Positions 39,200 through 51,539 of a stretch of DNA of 64,000 nt are shown here, piece after piece (the first letter of the stretch is position 1; each line of letters starts with the position of its first letter). The translations under genes were made by a program, and so were the position numbers. A model generated the notes under the pieces. The model saw nothing but the letters and a program-made list of their open reading frames with translations. It had not been told where the DNA came from and ran no database searches. The DNA comes from Mobula hypostoma (taxonomy: Eukaryota): positions 139,068,001 through 139,132,000 of the forward strand of contig NC_086097.1 of the NCBI RefSeq assembly GCF_963921235.1, written 5' to 3'.

Positions 39200-41240
39200 T
39201 TAATGTTTGGAAAGATTTAAACTAGGTTGGCAGGATGGGCCAGATGATGGAACAGTTGGTGTAAAGGTAAATGCAATGTGTAGAGAGACTGTGAGGAAGG
39301 ACAGGCATTGGACAGGGCATAAATGCAGTCAGTTAGATGGGTTGAAATGTATTTACTTCAATGCAGAAGTATTAAAAATAAGTGTGATGAACCGAGAGCG
39401 TGGATCAGGACATGAATTTATGATGCTGTGGCCATCAGACAGACTTGGCTGTCACAAGGGCAGGATTAGCTACTTGATGTTCCAGCGTTCAAATGTTTCA
39501 AAATGGATAAGAAGGGAGGTAGGGGGGTGGGGGGAGAGAGGAGGGCAGAAAGAAGTGGCATTACTAATCAAGGATAGTATCACAGCTTCAGAAAGTGAGG
39601 AAGTCAAGGAGGGATCACTTATTGAGTCTGTGTGGGTTGAAGTAAGAGACAGGAAAAGATTCTATAGGTATTCTATAAGTCTCCTGATGTTAACTGTGAC
39701 ACTGAGGTGCAGGTAAGTAGGCTGATTTTAGAAAGGTGCAAAAATATCAATGAGGTTGTATTGGGTGACTTCAACTTCCCTAATATTAACTGGCATTTCC
39801 TTAGTGCAAAAGATTTAGCTGGGGCAGAACTCGTTGGGTGTGTCCAGGAAAGATTTCTAATGCAGTAGGTATACTGGCCAATTAGAGCAGAGGCCACACT
39901 GCATCTGCTACTTGGCTATGAACCTGTCAAGTGACAGACCTCTCAGTGGGCAAGCATTTCGAAGATAGTGAGCAGAGCCATGGACAAGACAGCAGCAATC
40001 AGTATGGCAAAGTATTTAATTGGGGGATAACTAATTATAATGGTATTAGATAGGGAGTGTACACTCACAGATCTCTTTTAAGCAAAGTAATACCATTTTC
40101 CACCCTCCAATTATTCGGTACTAATCCTGTGACCAGTGAGAACACAAAGTTCAATGCCAAAGATGCAGCAATCTCTTCCCTCGCCTCTTATAGTAACCTA
40201 GGGTATATCCCATCAGGTCCCAAGGACTTATTAATCCTTATGATTTTCAAAGGTTCCAGCACATCCTCTTTCTTAACATCAACATGTTCTAGCATATCAG
40301 CCTGTTTTACGCTGTCCTCACAAACATCATGGTCCCTCTCAATGGTATTCATAAAGGACCTCCTCAACCTACTCCAACTCCAGGCATATGATTCCTCCTG
40401 TCTCTGATCTGTCCTACCTTCACTTTAGTCATCTTCCTGTTCTTCACATATGTGTAGAACATCTTGGGATTTTCCTTCATTCCATTTGCCAAGACCTTTT
40501 CATGCCCCCTTCTAGCTCCCCCAAGTCCACTCTTAAGCTCCTTCCTGGCTACCCTGTAATTCTCCAGAGCCCTCTCTGATCCTTGCTTCCTAAACCACAA
40601 GGATGCTTCCTTCTTCCTCTTGATCTTTTGTCAACCTTGCTCCCTTCATTTTACCAGACTTACCCTACCTCAATGGAACAAACCTATCCAGAACCCAGTG
40701 CAAGTTCAAGTTCTCCCTCAATAACCTCCACATTTCCATTGTGCATTTCCCTAAGTACTCCCTTTCCCAATTTATACTTTCAAATTTTTGCCTAATAGCA
40801 TTATAATCCCCCCCGCCCAATTAAATACTTTCCTATACCATCTGCTCCTACCCCTCTCCAAGGCTATGGTAAAGATCAGGGAGTTGTGGTCACTATCTCT
40901 GAAGTGTTCGCCCATCGAGAGATCTTCCACCTGACCTGGTTCATTAGCTAGCACAGGATCCTGTATGGCCTGTCCTCTAGTTGACCTTACTATATATTGT
41001 GTCAGGTCAGGATTTCTTCCTGGACACAGCTTGGGTGGCCGGAACACAATGCTGGGGCTGGTAGAAGCTGATACAAAAGGAACATTTAATAGATTCTTGG
41101 ACTAATGACAGGGGTATAAGAAGAATGTAAGGTTATGGCCTGTGAAAGAGTGAAGGGTTAGATTGATGATGGAGTAGGTTTATATAGATTGGCACAACGT
41201 GGGCCAAATAGCCCATACTGTGCTGCATTATTCTATGTTC
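39200..41240. mobile_element. CR1 fragment cluster: APE part on + (39200-40055), internal part on - (40060-41005), 3' tail on + (41010-41240)
   Basis: LKCIYFNA, ESVWVEVR, GDFNFPNI; EHFRDSDHNS, ENPKMFYTYVK; tail gggccaaatagcccatactgtgctg. Confidence 0.8.
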
Positions 41241-42499
41241 TAAAGTGGTAGGCACTTAGAGGAAGACTCTCCTCGTTGAGGTATCTAGAACTAGGGGAAT
41301 GGCTATGTTAAAAGGAACAGCCCACATAATTCAGAGTCTGAGAAGGGATGCTTCTCCAAGGGATGCATACCTTTGGAGTTCTCTACCCCAAGAGCTGAGA
41401 AGACATAGGCTGAGGCAGGCAGAATTTTGACTAAAGCAGTATTAAGGAATATGAGGAACAAGAAAGAAAATGGTGTTGAGGCAAATATCAGATAAGCCAT
41501 GATGAAATAGGCTTGATGGGCTGAGTGGTTGACTCCTCTTCCTATTTCTTGTGTTCTTAACATATATGAAGCAGTTTAGTGATTACAGTTTGAAAAACAT
41601 AGTCTTATGGACAGTTTACACCTTCAAAGCACTTGAAATGTCTTTGTCCTTTCAACATTTTCTTCAAAAATTGCCTTTTCTATTTTAATTGAGTCCAATC
41701 TTGATGACGCCTGTTCCTGTTGTTATAAAACAGCATATCTGTCAGCTCGCTATGAGAGAAGCTGGCAGAAATCTTGATTTCCATTGTTAATAAATAGTGA
41801 CAGGACCTTATTCATATTGCTCTTTCTACTGTCAAGTCCATCTCCAAACTAACTGGCTAATCTGCCCTAACTACAAGACTTGAATTTCGATCAGTATGTT
41901 TTAATATTTAAACCAAACAGCAAAATGCACCAAGAAAAAGAATGTCTGGTCAAGTGTATACACCGAATACATACAACAACAAAACCATAATTTTCAATTT
42001 ACTCAGAAGAATGTAGTTACTGTAATAACATTTATCATATTTAATTTTCGTGGCATATGAATTGACTGGAGAGGTAGATCACTGAAGATTCACTCCATAT
42101 TCAGGGTGGTTCTCAAAAGTACACAGAAAAGCAAGCTGGTAGCCAGGTTAAATAAATAATATGGCAAATAGAATGAAAAGGAGACATGAGGATGAAATGA
42201 ATACAGGAGTAGAAATTTGGTCTCAGGAAAAAGAAATGCAGAAACATAATCAATCTTTAAAAACATTTAAAAAAAACAAATTTTATGAAAGTACATTTAC
42301 CAACAGTGTGACCATTAATTAACTCAAAAGGATGAACATCCTCCTGCACTTAAGAGCAAAAGTTGTACAGTAGCCAGACAGGGGGAATACTTTTACCTAA
42401 GATACTATATTTTTATGATAAAACCTGGGAACTCCAGCTAGATATACTGTTCGCACTGACACTAAAAGGCAATAGGCAACAGGATATAGTATTCTGTTT

Positions 42500-42920
42500 G
42501 TTTTTTTTGTGTGGGGGGGAGGGGTTGTTTCTCAGGTGGGGGGGGCGATGTTCTAGTTCTGTTTTGTGTGTGGGGGAGGGGTTGTTTCTCAGGTGGGGGG
42601 GGCGATGTTCTAGTTCTGTTTTGTGTGGGGGGGAGGGGTTGTTTCTCAGGTGGGGGGGCGATGTTCTAGTTCTGTTTTGTGTGGGGGAGGGGTTGTTTCT
42701 CAGGTGGGGGGGCGATGTTCTAGTTCTGTTTTGTGCGGGGGGGAGGGGTTGTTTCTCAGGTGGGGGGGCGATGTTCTAGTTCTGTTTTGTGCAGGGGGGA
42801 GGGGTTGTTTCTCAGGTGGGGGGGCGATGTTCTAGTTCTGTTTTGTGTGGGGGGAGGGGTTGTTTCTCAGGTGGGGGGGCGATGTTCTAGTTCTGTTTTG
42901 TGCGGGGGAGAGGGGTTGCT
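42500..42920 (+). repeat. G-rich minisatellite, ~55-bp unit, 7 full copies plus a partial
   Basis: Unit GT(G/C)GGGGGGAGGGGTTGTTTCTCAGGTGGGGGGGCGATGTTCTAGTTCTGTTTT; copies differ mainly in G-run length. Confidence 0.95.
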
Positions 42921-43768
42921 GATTGGAATGCCGTTCTTTTTTTTGTACGGGGCAGTGGGTTTGATGTTTCTCTCTGAACAACTATCATGTTCTTTCTTTG
43001 TTTCGTGGCTATCAGGAAAATACAAATTTCAGAGTTGTATAGGGTTACATGCTTGATAATAAACAAACTTTTGAACCTTTCAGCAATCTAATGAGAAGTG
43101 AGAAACCTGGGTGCTTCTTGGAAGATTTCTTTCAGAAAATATTTGCTCCTCTTTATTTTTATTTAAATACATAGGATAGGGATGTTGTTGTTGATGCTTG
43201 TGGTTTATTAGTCATTCCTAATTGCCCCTGAACTGAGGCAGAATTGAAAAGCCATAGTATAAAGCAAAGCTGAATAATTCAGGCCCATAATAGTCAAATC
43301 AAACAACAAAAGGCTTTGGGCTGAGATCATAATTTATGAAACCATCTCTAGAGCATTGAATCTCCTCTTTTCATTGAGGATACATCCCAAAAGAACATTT
43401 TGATATTTATTCTAACAGCACAATTTCCAAAAGCATGAATGCTAGCCAGGTATTGTGTACATCAGCATGGCTACAATTTGCTATGAAGAGTTACTGTACA
43501 ATTGGAATTGAGCATTGTGCAATCATCACCCAACATTCTGACTTCTGTTTTCATGAGAGATGGGAGGTCTTGACAAAGCAGTTAAAAATGTTTGGGGGAT
43601 ACTCTGGGATACTCCCGAGGAACTCTTGCAGAGAGCTAAATGAAAACCAAAAAACAAACTGCAGGTGCTGAAAATCTGAAATAAAAACAGAAAATACTAG
43701 AGATGCTTATCAGCTCATGTAGAATCTGTGAAAAGGGAAACGTTCTGGAAAAAAAACATCGACCAGAA

Positions 43769-44315
43769 ATCAAAGTTGCTGGTGAGCGCAGCAGGCCAGG
43801 CAGCATCTCTAGGAAGAGGTACAGTCGACGTTTCAGGCCGAGACCCTTCGTCAGGACTAACTGAAGGAAGAGTTAGTAAGAGATTTGAAAGTGGGAGGGG
43901 GAGGGGAGATCCAAAATGATAGGAGAAGACAGGATGGGGAGGGATGGAGCCAAGAGCTGGACAGGTGATTGGCAAATGGGATATGAGAGGATCATGGGAC
44001 AGGAGGCCTAGGGAGAAAGACGGGGGGGGGGATTCGGGACCCAGAGGATGGGCAAGGGGTATAGTCAGAGGGACAGAGGGAGAAAAAGGAGAGTGAGAGA
44101 AAGAATGTGTGTATAAAAATAAATAACGGATGGGGTATGAGGGGGAGGTGGGGCATGAGTGGAAGTTAGAGAAGTCGATGTTCATGCCATCAGGTTGGAG
44201 GGTACCCAGACGGAATATAAGGTGTTGTTCCTCCAACCTGAGTGTGGCTTCATCTTTACAGTAGAGGAGGCCGTGGATAGACATGTCAGAATGGGAATGG
44301 GACGTGGAATTAAAA
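43769..44315 (-). mobile_element. Young Penelope-like element 3' fragment
   Basis: FNSTSHSHSDMSIHGLLYCKDEATLRLEEQHLIFRLG.LQPDGMNIDFSNF plus tail. It is a near-identical reverse complement of 52117-52661. Confidence 0.92.
43823..43858 (-). ncRNA. Minimal type I hammerhead ribozyme motif (intact core)
   Basis: Minus strand AGTC-CTGACGA-AGG gtctcgg CCT-GAAA-CGTC-GACT: stem I agtc/gact, CUGANGA box, stem II agg/cct, GAAA, palindromic minimal stem III, GUC cleavage triplet. Confidence 0.8.
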
Positions 44316-44385
44316 CATTCCATCTCTCTCTCTTCTCTGCTGCTAAGCATTGTAAGTGTAGTTCAGTTAAATAACTGAAGCAGCG

Positions 44386-44422
<37 letters not shown>

Positions 44423-44791
44423 AAAACGAAAACACGCCATGGCAGAGTGTTCCAAAAAAAGAAAATATAAAACGTACGTCACCCCAGACTACACTAAAGT
44501 GTACCCCTGCCTAATAGGGGTCAAAAGTAATGACAGTGTTGCTCGCTGCACTATTTGCAACAGTGACTTTTTTATTGCCTGTGGTGGGTTAAGACTGTAA
44601 AAGACATGTTGAGGTGAGTTTAACAGGTGTCATTCGTTGCTTAGCATAGCAAACGTTATTTAAACTAGCTGGCTAGCTGCTAAGGAGCTACTCTATTGCA
44701 GACATCCCACCTCTCCTGGAAGTTCCAGGAGTCTCCTGCAAATTGATGGTGCTACCTCCCTGAAATGAGTTTTTGCAGGGTGGGATGTCTG
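44316..44791 (+). mobile_element. Non-autonomous hAT-type DNA transposon remnant with a BED-finger first exon
   Basis: GCCATGG at 44436-44442 starts MAECSKKRKYKTYVTPDYTKVYPCLIGVKSNDSVARCTICNSDFFIACGGL-/CKRHVE, then a gtgagt donor at 44614. Inverted repeat CAGACATCCCACC (44699-44711) / GGTGGGATGTCTG (44779-44791). Confidence 0.65.
44388..44418 (+). repeat. (GA)n microsatellite
   Basis: Run of about 15 GA units. Confidence 0.95.
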
Positions 44792-44992
44792 TAATAGCGC
44801 TATGCCAACACTACACTATCGTGCTACCCCTGAAGTTTTTGAATTACTCCTGACCACAGTGGCCATATATATGAAGAGGGAACTTGAACCACCATCTGCA
44901 GAGCACAACGGATTAGCAATGTATCACCTTAACCACTTAGCTATATCGGTAGCACTGCAAATATTAAGAGTAAGTGCAGGGAAAGTACTTGC

Positions 44993-45197
44993 CTATTTTC
45001 TGTAATGGTCCAAGTGCTCTCACTGTGGTCAACTGAAGAGAACAGCTGGCCTTCTATGAAGATGACTTGTCCTTTTACTCCAACATGCAAGTGATCCGCT
45101 GACAAATGGAACTCGATGTTCTGTTTCGTTGTGTTTTCTTTTAGCTGAATATTTACAGTCAGGTCTTCATCTGTCTGTTGCCAATAATACACTGGTT
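44993..45197 (-). CDS. NUDCD1: NUDCD1 coding exon, CS/p23-like domain (205 nt, phase 1->2, GC donor)
   Basis: (E)PVYYWQQTDEDLTVNIQLKENTTKQNIEFHLSADHLHVGVKGQVIFIEGQLFSSVDHSESTWTITEN(R), matching human EPLYYWQQTEDDLTVTIRL...SSIDHESSTWII. Acceptor ccacag, donor AG|gcaagt. Confidence 0.93.
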
Positions 45198-46469
45198 CTG
45201 TGGAATTAAAATCCTATTTTTCACCATTACTAAACAAGACTGATTTCCCAAACCTCTTGCAATGTTTCCCATAAATTCCTTGAATTCTTTTTTAGAGCAG
45301 AATTCAGGAACACAAAAAATAGTAATTCAAAGTCCAAGTAAAGTTTATTATCAGAGTATATACATGTCATCGCATACAACCCCAAGGTTCTTTTTTTGTG
45401 AGCATACTTAGCGAATCTATAGAATAGTAACTATCAACAGTGACAATGGACAACAAACTGTTCAATTGCAAATATAAATAAATAACAAATAACAAGCAAT
45501 AATTGCTCCTTGAACAAAATATTTTAAACTATTAAGATGCAAGTCTGCTGTGTAGTGCTCCACGCAAAAGTTCCTGATTATCGTACACATAGATTACAAA
45601 TATGGCTCACAGCTTTTCTCCAAGTACTTTGGTTACTCAAGAGGAAGGTACTGAAATTCAAATTTATAAAAGTTAGCACAAATAAACACGTGTATAACTC
45701 TTGAGTGTATTCTCAGCAGCTGAGCTTTATTCATTACTATGTTAATTTTGATCTGAACTATCGGCAATTTGGATGTTTTGCTAATCTCTAACAACTCCTT
45801 GAAGGAATTTTTTTCCTCATGATTTCTTTCCCTTAAAGATTGTTAGTTTTAAAACTTCCATAGAATGTGTTTACTTGCTTCATATATGACATTTAAAGTC
45901 CAATCATCTCAGCAACTTGCTTTGGAGCTAACACAAAATCTACTCTCAATAAGAGATATTAAAGAGAATATGTTAAATCAGCATAGTTACAGGCTCTCAG
46001 AGAAACATTCACTGCTTCAGTTATTTAACTGAACTACACTTACAATGCTTAGCAACAGAGAAGAAACAGTACCGTAAACACAGATTATGAAGAATGACTA
46101 TTTGAATCATAGTTTTAATAGTTTTGTTGAATTGATGGATCCTGACAAAGGTCCCCCAAATAAATCTGAGGACAATTACAAAATATATTGGCTGATCCAT
46201 TTCTTCTTCTTCTTCCCTCCTATCTATTCACCTATAAACATGGAATTGTTAAAGTATTATCTCACCAAGACTTTACAGAAACTCCAATATTATATTTTTT
46301 TCTAAATAACATTGTAGATTTTGCAGTCAGATAAACTTCATATCTTCAAAAATAAGTATCTTACAATTCAAATTCTTTTTCTCAGTGATCAATGAAATGT
46401 TGGAACATTTATTGGTGCTTTAAAAATGAATAATTAAAATTAGCTAAAAACAAATTTAAAAGGAACCTA

Positions 46470-46780
46470 CTCAACTCTATTCTATCCCCCTTGGTTCAGT
46501 CCCTTTCCACCTACATCATGCTCTCCATCTCCTCACCAACCTTCAATTCCCTGGCCCTGATTGCAACATTTTCACCATGGATGCCCAGTCCCTAAACACT
46601 TTTATCCCCCACCATCAACAATTTCTCCTTCGTCTCCTCCCACTTTCTCCAGACTCGATGGGGAATCATGAGCATCTGCATGAGCCCCAGCTATGCCTGC
46701 CTTTTCACTGGCTATGTGAAACAGTCCATGTTCCAAGTCTTCCCCAGTAATGCTCCCCAACTCTTCCTCCACTACACTGA
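46470..46780 (+). mobile_element. Penelope RT fragment, degraded
   Basis: TMDAQSL.T.IP and PSYACLFTGYVKQSMFQ resemble 24806-25100. Confidence 0.65.
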
Positions 46781-46789
46781 ATTCTGCAA

Positions 46790-49270
46790 GAGGATAAATC
46801 GTGTGAGGAACTCTTGGGTTTTCATTCTAATTAATGTTCAATAACTCCTCCTGAAAATGAACGTAACTTATGGATCACATCCTGAACTTCAGTAATATCA
46901 ATAGGGCTGAGAGATAAAGAAGCTTTATTGGGTGTTATTAAACCTAGCACAAAGCAAGGTGACTGTGGTCACTCTGAAGACCATCAGAACTCTGCGGAGA
47001 ATGACTCAAAAAAATGAAAAGCACTTGCCCGGCACGTGGTCACATAGCACAGACAGGGATGCGGAGAGTGCAGTTGGGACTCAACAGGCTTGCTCAATAG
47101 TGGCACAGACAGTGTGGAAGAGAGCACAGTTGAGAATTCAACAGACTTGCCTGAACAGAAATTATCACAAGTGCAAAGACAACGTGGAAGTTTCAGTCTT
47201 AAAACAGGTCAAACTGTGAAATTTGCAGACCAAAACACTGGTATCTCATACAAAGCTGAAGTCTTAGGATGAGCAGGCAAAACCACTGGGAGAAATGAAA
47301 GTTGGTACAACTTGAATTACCTAGAACCAGTCATGGTCACTGACACTACAGGGTCAGTCAACTTGTCATGTGTAGGCAAACTTCATATTGAATCAAGTAT
47401 AGATCAGGCTGGACCATCTGAGACGTATCAAGATGAAGATGTCCTAGTAACTAAAGAGATGTCATTTGAATCTGCAAATTAGGGTGAAATGAGAAGTTAG
47501 AGGAAATAATGGAGTGTTTAAGGAAACTAGAGACATTGGCTAAAAGACAGTGTCTACAACTTGGGCGTGTACCCGAAAGAAATCCCAACAGGAATTATAC
47601 CAAAAACATGTCTGGTGGCTAGTGGTTTTGTGGAACTGAACATAGAAGAACTCAGAAAAGACACGCCAACATGTGCATCAGAGTTTCCTTGACTACTTTT
47701 CTCAGTGGTATGTTAAAGGCATTGGCAACCCTATTGCATAGACATAAAATCCACTTTCTTACAGGGAATGGAGCATGCCCCCTCCTGAAGCCAGAAGCGA
47801 AGGGACACTGTGGAATCTCAAAAAGTGCGTATGGTTGAGCAGATACAGCACTCTACTGGTGTTAAAAGGTCAAGTAAATAATGTTAAAAACCAGTGGGAA
47901 GAGTCATAAGTGGATCCAGCTATTTTTTTACTGGCAAGATTCAGGATATCATGCGGTTGAAGTACTTGCCTATCATGTAGATGACTTCATATGGGGAGGC
48001 TCACAAAACTTTGCCACAACAGTTATCCCTCAGCTAGTCAGCCTTTCAGGTTAGTCGGGAGGAACATGACAGATTCTGCTATGCAGGGATAGGCATCCTT
48101 GCTGTTGACAGAACAGTACAACTGCACCAAGAAAGCTACATCTGAAAACCACATAGAATCCTCAGTTGCCACACAACTGGATGCACCCCCCCCAGTGAAG
48201 CTGAAGAAGAGCAACTAAGGTCAAAGGTGGGTCAGATTCTATAAGTGGCAAGGCAGAACAGACCTGACATCATGTTTGATGCCTGCAACTTGGTATCCAG
48301 CTCAAAAAAGAACACAGTACAAACTTCACATGAGGCAAACAAGATAGTGCGCAGAATTCAATGTGAAAAAGTAGTCTTGAAGTTTCAACAGCTTGGAAAA
48401 GATAATTCACTGAGGCTTGTTGTCTTCAGTGATGTCTCACTTAGAAATCTTCCTGATGAAGGTACTCAAGGGGAACATTTTATTGTACTGATGGGAGAAG
48501 AGGGAAAATTTTCACTTCTACTGGCAATCAAAAAGGATTTGAAGAGTTGTACAGAATACTCTTGCAGGAGAAACACTTGCAACGTCTTAAGGTATTGACA
48601 ATGCTGTTTTTCTGGCCACAGTCTATTCTGAGCTTTGTCATGGTGACCCAAAGAAGGACAGTCTACAGAACACTTGTGTCACAGATAACTACTCTTTGGT
48701 TGATGCCATTAAATCCACCAAGCCAGTTACAGAAAAGAGGCTTCATCAAGAGATAAGCAGCATCAAAGAACTTGACCATAACATGTGATAAGTTTTCTGT
48801 GCTTGGACAACTACAAAGGAACAGCTAGCTGGCTTTCTCACAAAGAAAGGAGCTCCAGCTCTTGTGCTGTTAAAGGCACGTAGTGAAGGCATTTGGTACC
48901 TTAAGAATTGTATTAACTTCAAGGATTAGAACTAATTCCTATGTCCTAATGGAAATTTGAATTATCTTTAAATTTTTCAAATTTAATTTTTTAATATATA
49001 CATAAAAAGGATGGGAGATTGTTGAGTTCTGTTCAGTTGCACTATCTAAATACTTAGTATGCATGCACACTCTCCTTGTTGTGTGTGTGTGTGTGTTGTG
49101 TGTGGAGGGAGAGGAATTATGGGATGTAGAGGCAGTGGCCCTCAGGTATTGAAGGGAAATGTTGAAGGTAAAGCTATTTAAACAAAAGAAAAACATGTCC
49201 TTGTTGTTTGTACATAAACACTCCAGACAGAATCCATGATTTAACTATCTTCAACTCCATTATTAATGAT
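46790..49270 (+). mobile_element. Ty1/Copia LTR retrotransposon remnant (GalEa-like): RT, RNase H, PPT, 3' LTR
   Basis: LVASGF, VDPAIF, VLAYHVDDFIWGGS (47962-48003), LRLVVFSDVSLRNLPDEGTQG, EQLAGFLTKKG. A polypurine tract AAAAAGGATGGGAGA precedes TGTTGAG at 49020. Confidence 0.85.
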
Positions 49271-49489
49271 GCACACACTATGACATGGTCAGAATGGTGA
49301 TGGTCATGGATGTTCGCAGGGCATTCAGTTTCTCAAATAATGAAGCAATTCAACTTAAAATTACAAGACTTAAAATTAAAATTACAAGACCTGAGCAACT
49401 TCCAGAGTTGGGCTCAAATATGGCAAGCGATATTTGCATTTCAATGACCATTTCCTTCAACAGAGTTAAATGAATGAAATTACACCGAA

Positions 49490-49995
49490 GGCACACTTTC
49501 TTTGAAAGTTGAAGAGATCTGGCTTGTCATCAAACACTAACAAACTTCTACAGATGGACTGTTGAAAGCATCCTAAGTGGATGCATTTTGGCCTTTTACT
49601 GCAATTCAAGTGCACAAGAATTTAAGAAGCAGATGCAGCATAATACATCATGGAGCATCCCTCTCCACCACTAGAAATCTCTACATGGTGCTGCCATAAG
49701 AAAGCAACATCTGTCATCGAAGATGCCCACCATCCAAGCTATGCCATCTTCTCAGAAGCATTAAGTTCTATAGCATTTGGTTCAATAACAACTTGAGCCA
49801 TTTGCTTCTCAAACCGAAGTGTACAAACCCTAATCACTACCACAGTATAGCAACAATACGACCACTTTGCACTACAATGGACTTTTGTATGTTCTAATTG
49901 TTTTCCTTCTTGCACAGTTTGAATTCCATTGTGTTTCACTTGTTGGAACTCCGATGCTGTGGCAAGTAAGATTTTCATTATAGCTGTGCACACAT
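49490..49995 (+). mobile_element. Rex1-type 3' fragment
   Basis: LTNFYRWTVESILSGCI...D.HHP.YAIFS. Confidence 0.7.
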
Positions 49996-50504
49996 ATACT
50001 TGTGCACATGACAACAAGCTCAAATATAACTTTGGGAGATCTTTCCTTTATGTTGCAAATGCCAAATCTCCCAACCAAGAAATGATACTGAACAGAAACT
50101 CAAAGAAAGCAGCTTAACAAGTATCTTTATTTGAGCAAGCCAAGAAATTCTCCATTCTTGGGCTATGGGCTATCTAATGCTTTTAGCTTTTGTTGGCCCC
50201 CTCTGAGAATACCTTGGACTTCAGCTGACGTAGGCCATTGCCAAAGGTATCCTCATACTACTGTTTTATGGAAAGGCCAGGATTCTGTCTGAGTGATGAT
50301 GAAGGAACAGAATACAGATCAGGAAGGTGTGCCAAATGTTGATGCTGTCCTATCTAGGAGGCAGAATTGCAAGTCTGGGGTGTCCTGCTGAATAAGTAAA
50401 TTACTGTTATATTAGTGGCCAGTGGCTGCATCTTGAAATGACTTACATTATGGGAGAAAGATCTCAGTAGAAAAGTCTGCCTTTGTCGAGGCTTTGTGTA
50501 ATGT

Positions 50505-50665
50505 TACAAAGGGTCTTTTAAGATACTCCTGGATAGGTATAGGGAGCTTAGAAAAATAGAGGGCTATGGGTAACCACAGGTAATTTCTAAGGTGAGGACA
50601 TGTTTGGCACAGCTTTGTGGGCCAAAGGGCTTGTACTGTGCTGTAGGTTTTCTATATTTCTATGT
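50505..50665 (+). mobile_element. CR1 3' tail
   Basis: gagggctatggg...gggccaaagggcttgtactgtgctgtaggttttctatatttctatg. Confidence 0.75.
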
Positions 50666-51539
50666 TAGCAGCAAAACATCTGATAACGATTTGAAAGAAG
50701 GAATTCATGACCTAGGAACTCGTGGCAAACAGGTGGAATCCATTTCCTGGCAAAGATCATTGGATTATGGATAAAGAGGAAAGCAAACTGTATGTTTTGG
50801 TTCCCATTTCACATATCAAGAATTGTTGTAGTTGAAAAATCTTGACTTGCTGCTCCTGAGTGTGTAGCAATGCACAAGAGTTACATGGGTAGCTATCACC
50901 CTAGTTGAGGTCATAAACGGTCAGAATTATGCAAGGTGCAGCCAACATTCTCTAAATCCACAAAATTTCATTTTGCATTCAGACATAATGGTCTCTTTTA
51001 AAAAACCAGGAATGATTCCAGTTAGTGTAACTTAAGGATGGAAAGGCTAACAAGTTCTTTCTATCGGGAGATAACAATTAGATCCTCTAAAAATTAGGAC
51101 TGGCAGTGTTTCTATCTTATTCCTTTGGATTTGCCAAATACCAGATCAAATTACCCATGTTGTGGCAAAGTCTAGTGTTGACCGCCATTTTTCAAAACTC
51201 AAAGCCTTTTTCCTTTGTTCCTGTGCTTACTCTCCCCTTGCCCTATTTCACAGATAGATCATCCTATTACATTGTAAGCAGAAAATACCAATTTAGGCTG
51301 AACTAATAGAAAAAGAGGAGTGCATTCAGCCCCTGCAGCCTAACTGTCATTCAATGAGATCATGGTTGTCCTGTCAGCTGACAACGTATACAGCTTTTTC
51401 GCTATCACCTAACAGTATACGGCCTACCCCCCCCACCCCACCCCCCATTTCCCAACAGCGAAATTCTCAGTTTCAGATTTAAAATTAATTCTTATGACAA
51501 ACAAAAACTTGCTCTTTTCTTTAAAAAATGAAGACATCT

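Noticed and set aside
42500..42920. Regular repeat array resembling CRISPR, with overlapping ORFs 42363-43056
   Set aside because: Units are contiguous with no unique spacers and no cas genes, in a vertebrate context. The ORFs are repeat translations.
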